Shown here piece after piece: positions 23,301 to 35,300 of a stretch of 64,000 nt of DNA. How positions within the stretch are numbered: position 1 is the first letter of the stretch; every line of letters begins with the position of its first letter. Source of the stretch: Thalia democratica. Lineage: Eukaryota. The notes below the pieces were generated by a model that was given only the letters and a program-made list of their open reading frames with translations, was not told the origin of the DNA and did no database searches. The position numbers and the translations under genes were made by a program. The DNA lies in contig OZ241830.1 in the NCBI GenBank assembly GCA_965202585.1, positions 49,290,001-49,354,000 of the forward strand. The letters are read 5' to 3'.

Positions 23301-26300
23301 TGTTTTACAGAATAACATTTGTTAATAGATTTCATGATACAATGGGAATAATTGTTAGAAGACACAGAAACGTAGTAGAAACGATGGCTGCAGGAATATT
23401 GGAATGGCGCGAAAATAACGATCAAGTCGAAAAGCACAGAGATAAAGTTCAGTATTTCCTAGATAGGTTTTACACAAGCAGGATTGGTATCAGAATACTT
23501 ATCAATCAGCACGGTATGTTTTATTTTCAACAATATGTTTTTAAACATTTTTGTTATGTTTATATTTTGCTTTGTTTCACTTGGTTTAGTAGTTTTAATT
23601 AGATTTATAAAAAAAAAGTTCAATTTAAGTTTTATAATTGTAATAATTTTGTTAACTGAACTTTCTGTTGTAAAGGTTGCCATGAAATGACTAAGTTATT
23701 TTAATAAGTTCTCGTTTTTTAGAAAAGATTAATAGATTTTGTAATGATAAAAAAGTAAATAATTTATATTACAACACTAATAAAATCGATTATTGATTGG
23801 TCAAATCTAGTTAGTTAATTTTTTATATTAATGTAGTCAAACATTTTTTTAAATTAAAAATATATATTGTGTTACTTCTTTATACTTCTTTAAAAAACAT
23901 AGTTTTAGTGAATAAAGAGTTTTTGAAATACAAAACTCAACAGTGTATAGTATTTCGAAAGGGTGAATATAATTTTTCAATGTTCATCTATAAAAATGCT
24001 GTTTAACACTGTAATGCTAAACAGTTATTAAAAGAACTAGATGTATTTTAAATAATTTAACATAGTTTTAACTTTAAATATACATATATTTTAGTTTTAC
24101 ATATAAATTAGTGAACTACTGGATACAAAAAGTAGAAGACCTAATTTTGTAGACAACTAAATTTACCTTTGTAAAAATAGTAAATGCTAAATTAAATTCT
24201 TAACATAATTTTATATTTGTCTTTCACCTAATGTTATGTTCTAAATTTTAGCTAAGTGAATAAAATAAATAATTTCGGTTATAAGAATTTTTAGTTCGAT
24301 CAAATATTATACAGATAATAGAATATACTATGCAAAGGTTAAACAACTTAAAATAGTAAAATTAAAATAAAAAAAGAACATAAACTAAAAAGTAAGAGTT
24401 AGTTTGATATTAAAAGAAAGAAGAAAAATAATTATAAATCAATCAACATGCTTTTATTGATAAAGTTAAGGAAAACATATGCCTATAAGGTGCAAGTTAA
24501 ACATTTTACTGTAAATTATTCGTCAAACTTTTTAAGGTAAAAAGTAACGAGAAAACATTGATAAGTGATTGTAAACTATCACACAATAAATCAGTAAGTA
24601 CTTTTAGAAGTTAAGTACTGTAACTTTTTTGTGCTTTATAGTTTACTTAGAGCTATTGTTTTTCAGACGTGTTTTGTTATAAATTCAGTGTGATTCTATT
24701 TTAAAATTTTTAGATGTTTTGTTTTTAGATAACTTTAGCTCAATACTCTTTACATTTAATTGGATCCGTACCTTGTATAGAGTTTAGTAGCATTGGAACT
24801 TGTTTTTTGATCATTATCTGATAGATCACTAATAATTAGACTTATCTCTTACTGGACACTAATATGAATCACTAACATCATTCATATCGCTAATATATTA
24901 CTAGTAGAAAACTAATAAAAATAAATCATTTCAACTGTTAAATGTTTTCTAATGCGGTTTTAGTAATTAGTTTTCATCAGTTTGTTTAAAAAAAAAGTAT
25001 TGAAAATAACATAAATATAGTAATACTCCAAATGAGTGTGCACTTATGAGCTTAAAGGTTTTTGCTCAAAATGCAACCTTTTTTTACTTTAACTTAAAAA
25101 AATTCACCTTGTAATGAAACACATACTTAATTAAAACAAACACAAAGTGAAAAAAAAACACTTAAAAGTACGCACACAGTATATTCCTTAATTATTTTAC
25201 AGAAATAACGAACAGCGCAATTGACATTTACTTAAAACTAAATAGCATTTAATTAACACTAGTTATTATTTGTAATGTGTGTTATAATACCTAGTCGTTT
25301 TGGTTTAACAGACACTTTTTGTTACTGGAAAAAAAATTCAAAATAGCTTGAAACCTATTCAAAGAAGATTGTAGCTTTCCAAAGTTGTTACAGACAAAAG
25401 CTTTCGCGTCTGCAGAAAACAACTTTCTTTCTAGAATGGCAGAGGTTACCTAGTCGTTATCAACATTTTAATTAGCTTGTAACCCTCGACTAGTTGTTTT
25501 AGTGTCTGTTTTGTCGGAAAAAGATTTTATATGGTGAACTAATAAAGCTGTTTTATTTCTAGACGTACAGGGTTTGATAATCTCGCATAAAGCTTAACGC
25601 CCACAGCTGATGAGTGGAAAGCATGCAATAACAGCATAAAAATGAAAGTTCACATAAAAGTTTCCTTCTTGTTAGTGTGAATAGTTTAACTTTACGTATG
25701 CCTTGTGTTACGTCTCTTCTCTCTAAAGTTTACCTAAAGTATCATGTAGGAGATTAACAGGACTTGCATTGAAGGAGTAAGCGCTGGAATGCCATAGTTT
25801 TCTGGTGCTTTCCAATGATCTACTTCAGATATAGCTTTACTCAATTGTTTAGTAATTATTTCGCTAATTAAATATTACTTAGTTAGCATAGTATCCATGC
25901 GGTAAAGTGCTTCGTTAGTAATAATATTCTACTCAGGATATAGAAGAGAAAAGTGTTGAACCAATCTAACTTGCTGCTTACCTTTGTAGGATTTTCCCGG
26001 TAGCAAATTCCAGAAGTGATGTTATTTTTTTGTAGGTCTAGTTGTTTTTAAATTACACCGTACAATGACTTGATGTCGCATCTATCAGTAACTGCTTGAA
26101 TATTAGCACTTTTTTTAACCAGAAATCATTAGCATACTTCCTAGTAGTTCTTCCAAATATTTTTACGATTTTATGTACTCAATATATACTATGTATAACT
26201 TATTTTTTTGTTTTGAAAAGTTAAAGCTACTTATAGGCTACAAAATAAACGATAGCTTTTTATTGCAAAAGCAATAACTATAGTAAGGATCAGAGGCGTA

Positions 26301-29300
26301 GTAAAGGGAAGGGACACTGGCGTATGCATGCCTCCTAAAAAAATAAATAAAAAAAGAATGTAAAATCTTTATCCTTTAATAATTTATTGCTCTGCTTAAT
26401 TTGTTTTATTTTTAACCATGTTTATGAAGTATTTTGAAAGTTAAACAAATTTTTGATTTGAATACCAAATGTACAGATATGGTACGTAAATATCATTGTG
26501 TACCGGCTTTGATGAAAAACTTCATAAGGATTTTTTTAAAGTTTAAAAACTATTAACTAAAATTCAAAAAATGCTCACTGGTGTTTGTGAACCGTGGTAG
26601 TATAACAGCTATGAAAGATTTTTTTACAAGGAAAAATGCTACATTTTAAATACAACCCTCATGCTAAACCTATGGTTCAAAAATAAACAAACTTTCATAA
26701 AAAAGTAAAATATAACTAATAAAAAAAAAAATTTAATATGAAAAGTACTAATAATAAATAATAACGATGCTATTAAAGTTAAATGAAAAAAAAAAGAAGA
26801 ATTTTATTAGTTTTAACATAAAATAGTGATAAATAAATAGTGAATTCAATGTTAACTTCACTATGAAGTCAGCAGATACTGATGGCTCAGTATCTGCAAG
26901 ACCCGTTAACTTATTTTTTTGTCTTAAGCCCTTCTTAGTCTTAATCATTCTAATGGTATAGTAATCACTTAAATAGTAGTTTAAATTAAAAACAACCGGT
27001 TATAAGTTACACAGCACAGTTTAATAAACAATATTTAATAACAAATGTGATTTAAAAAATACGTATTAACTCAAGTAAAATTATACAAAAATTTGATATG
27101 GACCATGGTAGAGTGTGCTAAGTTTCCGCTTATTTTGTCTCCTAAGCCAAACCCATTCGCATTCGAAAATCCCTGGTTCATAGTATGATTTATTATTGTG
27201 GCGCTTAAATTGCCTACCGATTTTAGCCATCATATTCAAAAATACTTTAGTTTCTAGAGTGTTGGGTGTGGTAATAACGTCAGTACCCTCAATTTTGTCG
27301 AACATTACTCTCCCCGAGAGATTCTGGGCCGTCGCGATAGCATATTGAGCTGGGGTATAAGGTGAACCTTCAACGAAGGTATTGTTTAAAGCTGTCGTTA
27401 TCAGAGGCAAATGCAAAGCCCAATTTGTCTTATCAGATAACGCGCGAAGTGCAACATTGATAGTCTTATGTTGCCTCTCAATGAAACCGTTAGATTGAGG
27501 GCTGTATGGGGATACCAAACGATGATCTATTCCTAACTGCTCGAATGCTTCGGTTAACGCGGTATTAACAAACTCACGGCCGTTATCGGAAACAACTACT
27601 TGAGGGACCCCAAATGGACCTACCCAGCATTGAAAAAAAGCATTCCTGACAGTCAAAGCTTTCTTATCTGTGATCGGCATAGTTACAAGAAACCCTGTGG
27701 CTCGGTCTTTGGCAGTTAAAATATACTTATTATTACAAGATGACTCATTTAAAGGACCGACAAGATCTATGTGAACGAACTGGAATCGTTCCGTATTGTC
27801 TGGAAAAAAACCAATTTTTTGACGATTATATCTTGTTACTTTGGTCGCTTGACATACCACACAGCTTTTGACCCAATGAGTCACATCTTTTATCAATGTA
27901 GGCCAGTAATAGTCTTTTGCAATAGACTCGATTGTTTTATCAATACCCAGGTGCAACCTATCATGGGCCACATTAAATGCTGTTAGGCGCATAGATTCGG
28001 GCAGAATGATGCGCTTATTATTTTCGTCTACCACTACCGCTAAATTTTCTGGTTGTAAATATTCGACCGTTTTCTTCATATTACGTGCGGTATCTACTAG
28101 CCCCGGTTCATTACATTGCAAGACCGCAATAACTTCCCTATTTATCATATTAAAGCTAGTCGTATTTTCCCCGATCACTTCATTTAAATCACCGTAATCA
28201 TCTACCTAAAATTTCCTCTTCATCGTCTAAATCACCGTAATCAGACTCGCTGTCTTCAGCCTCTGACTCAGACGTATAAACAAAGTCAGAATCCTGGTTA
28301 TACGCACGAATATGCATTGCCGACTGTGGGGGTCGGCTTAAACTATCTGCTACTACATTATCATGGCCATCTATATGCCTTACTATTGGATTAAATTCCT
28401 TGATTGCGCATATCCAACGTTGTTCCGCTGGAGATTGATTACCCATTTCGTTTTTAATGGCCCTTTCTACTGATTTACTATCAGTACGTATAATTAAGGA
28501 TCTCCCCAATATTCTGCTTTGAAAGTGCTTAAGAGACAAATACACCCCGCGAAGTTCCTTATAAAAAGTAGAACGTACTTGCTTAAATGGAGGGAGCTTC
28601 TTTGAAAAAAACGCAAGCGGTTGCATTCCCCCATTTCTCCCTTCTTGTTCCAGAACTGCGCCAACATGGCTGTCAGAAGCGTCCGTGAAGAGAACTAGGG
28701 GTTTTGTGTGGTCTTCATAGCTTATTGTTGCTGCTTTAACTAACAGAGCTATTGTGTCATGATAAGCTTTGATTTGACCATCAGTAAGTTTAATAATTGC
28801 CCTATTGCTTGCCTTAAATCCCCCCGAAATTTCATTAAGCGGTGCCATTACTTCGGCCAAGTTTGGTATTAATCGATGATTGTAATTAATCATACCAATT
28901 ACCCTTTTTAACTCTTTGCGCGTGTTTGGTAAGGGTAATTTTTTTATAGCTTCTACCTTAGATTCCATAACATCAACCCCGTCAACACCTACTGTATGAC
29001 CTAAAAAATCTACCTTAGTTCTAGCAAAAGAAAATTTTGCTTTATTTAAAAATAAACCGTTTGTCGATAATGTTTTTAAAACCTGTTTTAAATGTGATAT
29101 GTGACTGTCCGCGGAATCTGAAAACACAAGAATATCATCTAAATCAGGGTTTCCCAAAGTGGGCCAAGTGGCCCCCTAGGGGGCCATGACAGATACTCAG
29201 GGGGCCATGAGCAGCAAAGGGGGAAGAGGGGGGCCATAGCAGTAAAGGAGCCACAGGGGGGCCATAAGGCCATAACTTGAAACTTACACTAGATATTCTT

Positions 29301-32300
29301 GAGTTGCAGATGAAGAGCAAAAAAAAAAAGGTCTTATGTGTATTTTATGGTAGTTTAGAAACTTACACTCGATATTCTTGAGTTGCAGATGAAGAGCAAA
29401 AAAAAAGGTCTTATGTGTATTTTATGGTAGTTTAACTCACACTAGATATTCTTGAGTTGCAGATATGAGCAAAAAAAAAGTAATATGTGTATTTTATGGT
29501 AGTTTAGAAACTTACACTAGATATTCTTGAGTTGCAGATGAAGAGAAAAAAAAAAAAAAAGAAAAAAAAAAGGTTATATGTGTATAATGTTATATGTAGT
29601 TTATGAGTTACCTATATATTGAAGGGGGCCATTGCTTTTTCAAACTCTTTAAAGGGGGCCATTTGCAAAAGAGTTTGGGAAACCCTGATCTAAATATACA
29701 AAAGTGAAAGCCCCTCAAGAGGACAAGATACTGTCCATAAACTGCTGAAAACGTGTTGGCGCATTCCGCAACCCGAAAGAAGTCACCTTAGGGACGAATA
29801 CCCCGGAATTAGTTATGATAGCAGCATATTTTCGTGAGTTTGGATGAAGAGGTAAGCTATAGTAAGCTTCTTTAAGATCTAACGTGCTGAAAAATACGGG
29901 TACCTCCCGGAATTCTTTCCGTGAGCGTATCTATGCGCGGTAGCGGGTATGAAAATAGGCGTGTGTGGGCATTCAAAACTGTATAATCAACACAAATACG
30001 CAAATCACCATCTTTTTTGGGCACTACCGTGATTGGTGATGCACACATGTTGGCATCCCCCTTTACAACAGCATCTCTCGCAATTAGGTCTGAATAATTT
30101 TTATCTACCTTTTGTTGACAAGTTAAATTACATCTTCGCGCCTTAATCGTTCGCGGTTTATAATTGTCAACTATAATTTATAGAAAGTGGTTGTGTTTTC
30201 TTGGAGCAGTATAGTCAGGAGTTTTTGTAAGCTCAGGGTAATTCAACAGTAGTGTTTCACACTTGGTCTCTAACGTAGTTATGTTATTACTATCCCTAAC
30301 TTCCCCCGTATTAATTGACACAACTACCGACGCAGGCAAATCAGCGGCCCTAAACAGTTTAGTCGTTTTGTTAGACAATTGATGCGTCAATTCTAACGTG
30401 AAAGGGCATATTATCAGTTTGTTTGACATTAAAATGTCCATACCTAAAATGCCATAACTCCTATACTCTTGAGTAACCCAAAAATTATGTTTAATGGTTT
30501 TTAAATTACCTAGCTTAAGGTCAACGCAAGCACTCCCTATGAGGTGGATTTCATTGTCGCCAATACCCTTTATAGTTCTACTGACGGCTTAAAGTAGTGG
30601 TTTATGCCATTTGTTAGATTCTTAGGCAATATAGAAACTTCACATCCAGAGTCAATTAAGAAAAGAACGTTTGTAACATTGTCCTTTGCAAATAATAGAC
30701 TTTGAGGCAAAGTTTTCGGATTTATAGACGATTTATTTGAAATAGCAAACGACCAATTAGTTTTTACAGTTGGTTTTGTCGTGATATCATTACGCAATTG
30801 AGAGTGAGAGTTTGTTTCAGGTGATGGCTTTTTAGGCTGCCATGGTTTGGCAGAGGGACGAATTGGTACGGCTTCTACAGGCTTATTAAGAGGAACTCTG
30901 TTCCCATCCTCATGTCCTCTCATTGTTTTGAAGATGGGAAATCGTTTTTTTGATCGTGTTGTTGCCGTAACGGGGACATAGGGCAAGTTGCAACTGCAGC
31001 ACAATAGTCTGCCCTATCTCCAAACTTTGCATGTTTGTGACAAAGCGCGTTCTGTTCGTAATTCGTGCGCTTGTTATACCCTTCCCCTAAATACCCCTGA
31101 CTACGAGTGTGTTCATAGCTGCGGAAATGTTCCTTTTTTTGTGGGATGTTCTCATGCCATTTTTGTTTGTAAGAGTATCTCTTATTGTGCTTGAATCGCT
31201 GAGGTTCGTATGAAAAGTTTTTAGCATTTTCAAAGACCCTCTGTTGTTCAATATCGCATATAAACTCCGTGCGCCTAATAAACTCATTATATTCGAGCCC
31301 AAAACATTCCTTAATTTTGTTTTTTAAATTATTAGGAGCATGTCTGTGCATAAAGTATTTAATTCTGTCTTCCTCTTTAGACTTTGCCCATTGCTTAGCT
31401 GCCAAAAACAAGTCCTGGAATTGAACTGGCTCTGGCCATGATGGGCTTGCACCTAATATACGAGGCAATTTGTTACCTTTGCCTTGTAAAAAGTTAACAA
31501 GACTGTTAAACGTTCTGTCTTCGTCATGTGTTTCAACGAAGTCAATTATATCTGAACGGGGCCAAATTCTCTGGAGAATTTCAAACTTCTCCATTTCAGA
31601 TGTTATACCATAAGCCGTACACCGGTCTGCAAAAAAACGTAACTCCACAGCCGGATCGCGTACGGCATCAATTTTTTGAAAAAGCTTACAATTTTCAAGA
31701 GTTTTTTTCTTGAAACTTATTTGTGTTGACATTTCGCCTAAAGCGTGCGAGGTGTGATTGTTAAGGGTGAGGCCGCTGTCATTTATGGTCTTATTTGTAT
31801 CTAATCTCCTATAAATTGCTTTTAGTTCATTTTTTAGTTTATTTTTTTCTCTAAAACCTTAGCTTGCTCTAATAAGTGAGCTAAATCCTCAACGTCTAAG
31901 TCAACTTCATCTAAAGCATTAAAATCTACAATTTCATTATTTTCCCTAGTCTGCGCGCTTACTTTTGTATCATGAGCGCTGTTTATGGTCGCTTGAATAT
32001 TGCTGGGAGATTGTGAGTTCGATATCAAGTCAGAGTCGCCATTGAAGTCAGCAGATACTGATGGCTCAGTATCTGCAAGACCCGTTAACTTATTTTTTTG
32101 TCTTAAGCCCTTCTTAGTCTTAATCATTCTAATGGTATAGTAATCACTTAAATAGTAGTTTAAATTAAAAACAACCGGTTATAAGTTACACAGCACAGTT
32201 TAATAAACAATATTTAATAACAAATGTGATTTAAAAAATACGTATTAACTCAAGTAAAATTATACAAAAATTTGATAAAGCTAAAGAATAATTCAATAAT

Positions 32301-35300
32301 TTCTTTAATAAGCAACAAAGTTTAATCTATAATTTGGTACTTCTTTTAAAGCAACAAATTTACAAAAGTTCAAACACTCAACTGCAATCCACTCAGAGTT
32401 CCAATTCAATAAGGTAAATTCGCTGTCATCCACCAGAGTTCATCAATAACTGACAGTTGCTACAACAAGAATAGCATTTTGTATTAAAAATTCGTCGTTA
32501 AGCAAACGTCATAGTGCTTTAATAAATTTAAACTTGTCAGTGTTTACAACTAGTTATTTTGTAAACTTATTAACTATTATCACAACTAGGGACACATAGC
32601 GATTACAACTATACAAAAAGACGAAGGTAAATCCCAAAAAAATTAAAACTTTTAGTAAAAATAGTTTCTTGTTCCTTGAGAAGTGTACAAATCAAAATGT
32701 GTAATTCTATCAACCAGTTTAGTTGAAAAGTTCATCAATTTTTCTAGCAAATTAGTTTACTAATTTTTTTCACTTATATTTTTAGAAATATTTCTTAAGA
32801 CTCTCAATTTCTATCAATTAGTTTATTTTCGTTTCATTTAGTTATGTATTAAAAAACTAGATAAAGTTAAAACATTTTGTTGGTTGCTACAGGACAAAAA
32901 TTTTAGTAAGTTTGAGCTATTTTTTTTATTAATTAAATAAGTATTGGGATTTTAAAATCTGCTGTTACTAAAGAAGGATCTCTGAATTCTGTTTAAAAAA
33001 TATGTATTAAAATTATATAAAATTAAAGTTGAGTAAAAATTAAATTTTAAACAACTTGTAGGAAACGGATTTTAAATTTTTTATCAAGTAGTTTTCATCT
33101 AAAAAAAGATTAATTTTAATTTAGGTCATAAAATTTCAAAATGTTCTTTATAAAAGTTTGCTTTCTGAAATCTGTTTTTGATATTATAATACTGTTGTCT
33201 AATTTAAAAATAAAAAATAAATAAAGTAAAAACTGTTTTTTTTTTTGTACATTTTAGAAATTCTAAAAAAATGAAGTTTTAAGAATTATTTTTTATACAC
33301 TTGTTAAGTAGCATAACTTTTCTAAAGCTGGTCATTTATCAGGGTTGCCACACATTCAAGATTCTCAGGACACTCAGGATAAATTGAAGTTTTAAAAAAT
33401 GTAAGTATGACTTAGTACAGCTCAGGATAACTCAGGGTATTTATTTTTTTTAACTCAGGCTGACTCAGGATAGTTTTGTTTTATATAAAAAACTCTTAGT
33501 TTTAATATAAATTTCGGGACAGTAATTTTATAGATTTTGAATGAGGTTTAGTTGATTCAGTTGTAGGTTTTGTTATTTTATGACAAATTTAGTTAGTTAA
33601 CTAAGTTTTTTAGTTTTAAAAAATAAAAATATTTTTTAAGGATTTGTAAAACCTTAAAATGATTTAGGACTGTTTTTGTCTTATAGAGTGGCAACCTTGA
33701 TATTTTTAAGTTGAAATGAATTTTTTTTTTTTTAAGTATATCGTAGTTTATGAGAATTTAAATAAAAATCATATTTGATATCGTTTGAATTTTTGATAAA
33801 ATAAATATGAAATGTAGTATTAGTGATGTTGTATAGAATGTTAAAAAAAAAGCTAACTGTCGAAGGTTAAAAAGGTCAAGTTAAAAAATAGCAGACCAAC
33901 ACAAGATGTTTCTATTACTAAAGAATGCAGTTTAAATAATATGAAATTAGTACTATAATTTTCTGTAAAATGTTATTTGTTTTTTAACTTTTTTCTACAA
34001 ACTTTTACAGATCTATATTTTAAGTAACATTAGAAAAATTAAAATAACAGTTCTCCTGTTTGGAAACGAGCGTAAAACACCTTCTAATAACTTTGGTGCT
34101 ATTGATCCCCATTGTGATGTAATAGAAGTTGTTAATGATGCTTATGAAGATGCAAAAAATTTATGTGAAAATTACTACCTCTCCTCGCCAGAAATACAAA
34201 TTAACGTTCAAAATTGTAAGTAATAAATAACTAAATTTAAGTAGAGAGTTTTTATTATTGGTAAAATTTGTATTCATTTTAAAGGAGCATTTCTATTAAC
34301 CATAAGTTTTTTTAGTTTGTAATTACTCGTTAAAAAGTATGGTAAAAGCGAAAGCAGTTTGATTTATCTATACTTTTATTTTTTATAAAAAATAATTAAA
34401 CGAGTTTTGATTATATCATATTTATCATTAGACTGAGACCCTTTTTTTTTTTGGATTATTTTTTAGTTCTGTAATTATTTCCCCATTAAGGATTACCGTT
34501 TAATTAAACAATATGTAGTAAACAAAAAAGTATTTATTTTTAAATGGTGTCGAGTTATTTAGGAAAGAGTTACAAGATTAAACAACTATTCAAAATTTAA
34601 AATTAATCATTTGCAAATAAAGATCCTAGCGAAACAAATTCACAGGAATATATAATAATTACAAATTTTAACAGTAATCTTTTTTTATTACACTAACACA
34701 TGTTTCTGTGTGTAAACAAGTTAAAACAATTCAACGGAGCTCTGTAAAAAAAAATACTGCAAGGAAAAAATAGAAGCTAAAGTAGGTGTATATTTTAGAT
34801 TGATGGTTAGGAATAGATGGGAGCCGATTATTTCTAACCGCAATCATTTCTAACCCGATCATTTCTAACCCGATCACTTCAAACCCAATCACTTCTAACC
34901 CGATCACTTCTAACCCGATCACTTCTAACCCAATCACTTGTAACCTGATAACTTCTAATCCGATCAATTCTAACCCGATCATTTTTAAGTCAATCAGTAA
35001 TTTTTATTAAAATTTTAGATTTCTTTAATCAGAGTTTATTTTAAAACAAACTAAACTTAACAAAAATGTACTTTTTTTGAAATTTTAGTTTTATGTTTAA
35101 AACAAAACTTAAGGTTTATATTGTTCTACTTAAAACATACTTTTAATATTAATTTCATTACAACTTATTATATTTTTTATTTATTTTCTTATTTTGGTTT
35201 TTTTTGATTATATAAGTTTTACTAAAGGAAATTCATTCTAAAACAAGAAAAAATTAAAGACTTCTTACTTAACAACTTTTTTCTTAATCTTAATTCACTG

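Larger units (their letters stand above)
28198..30950 (-). pseudogene. pol: Gypsy B protease, RT and RNase H (frameshifts, stops, MITE in YLDD)
   Basis: [13 protein letters not shown]; [23 protein letters not shown]|DD; [27 protein letters not shown]. Frameshift near 30590, stop at 30178, another stop near 29716. Confidence 0.9.
26864..32607 (-). mobile_element. Gypsy LTR retrotransposon B (near full length, inactivated)
   Basis: 5' LTR 32043-32607 (565 bp, TGTAATC...GACTTCA on minus); 3' LTR reduced to 26864-27098 (235 bp, identical); 4-bp TSD ACTA; domain order gag-PR-RT-RH-IN. Confidence 0.93.

Noticed and set aside
28198-29157. 319-aa ORF as an independent gene starting MGNPDL
   Set aside because: The start is a TTG in the MITE terminus reading into the split RT; it is the downstream half of pol.
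13419-31713. Antisense ORFs over gag/pol (13419, 14049, 20183, 20489, 20838, 21992, 27771, 28006, 30988, 31528)
   Set aside because: Shadow frames of retroelement coding sequence.
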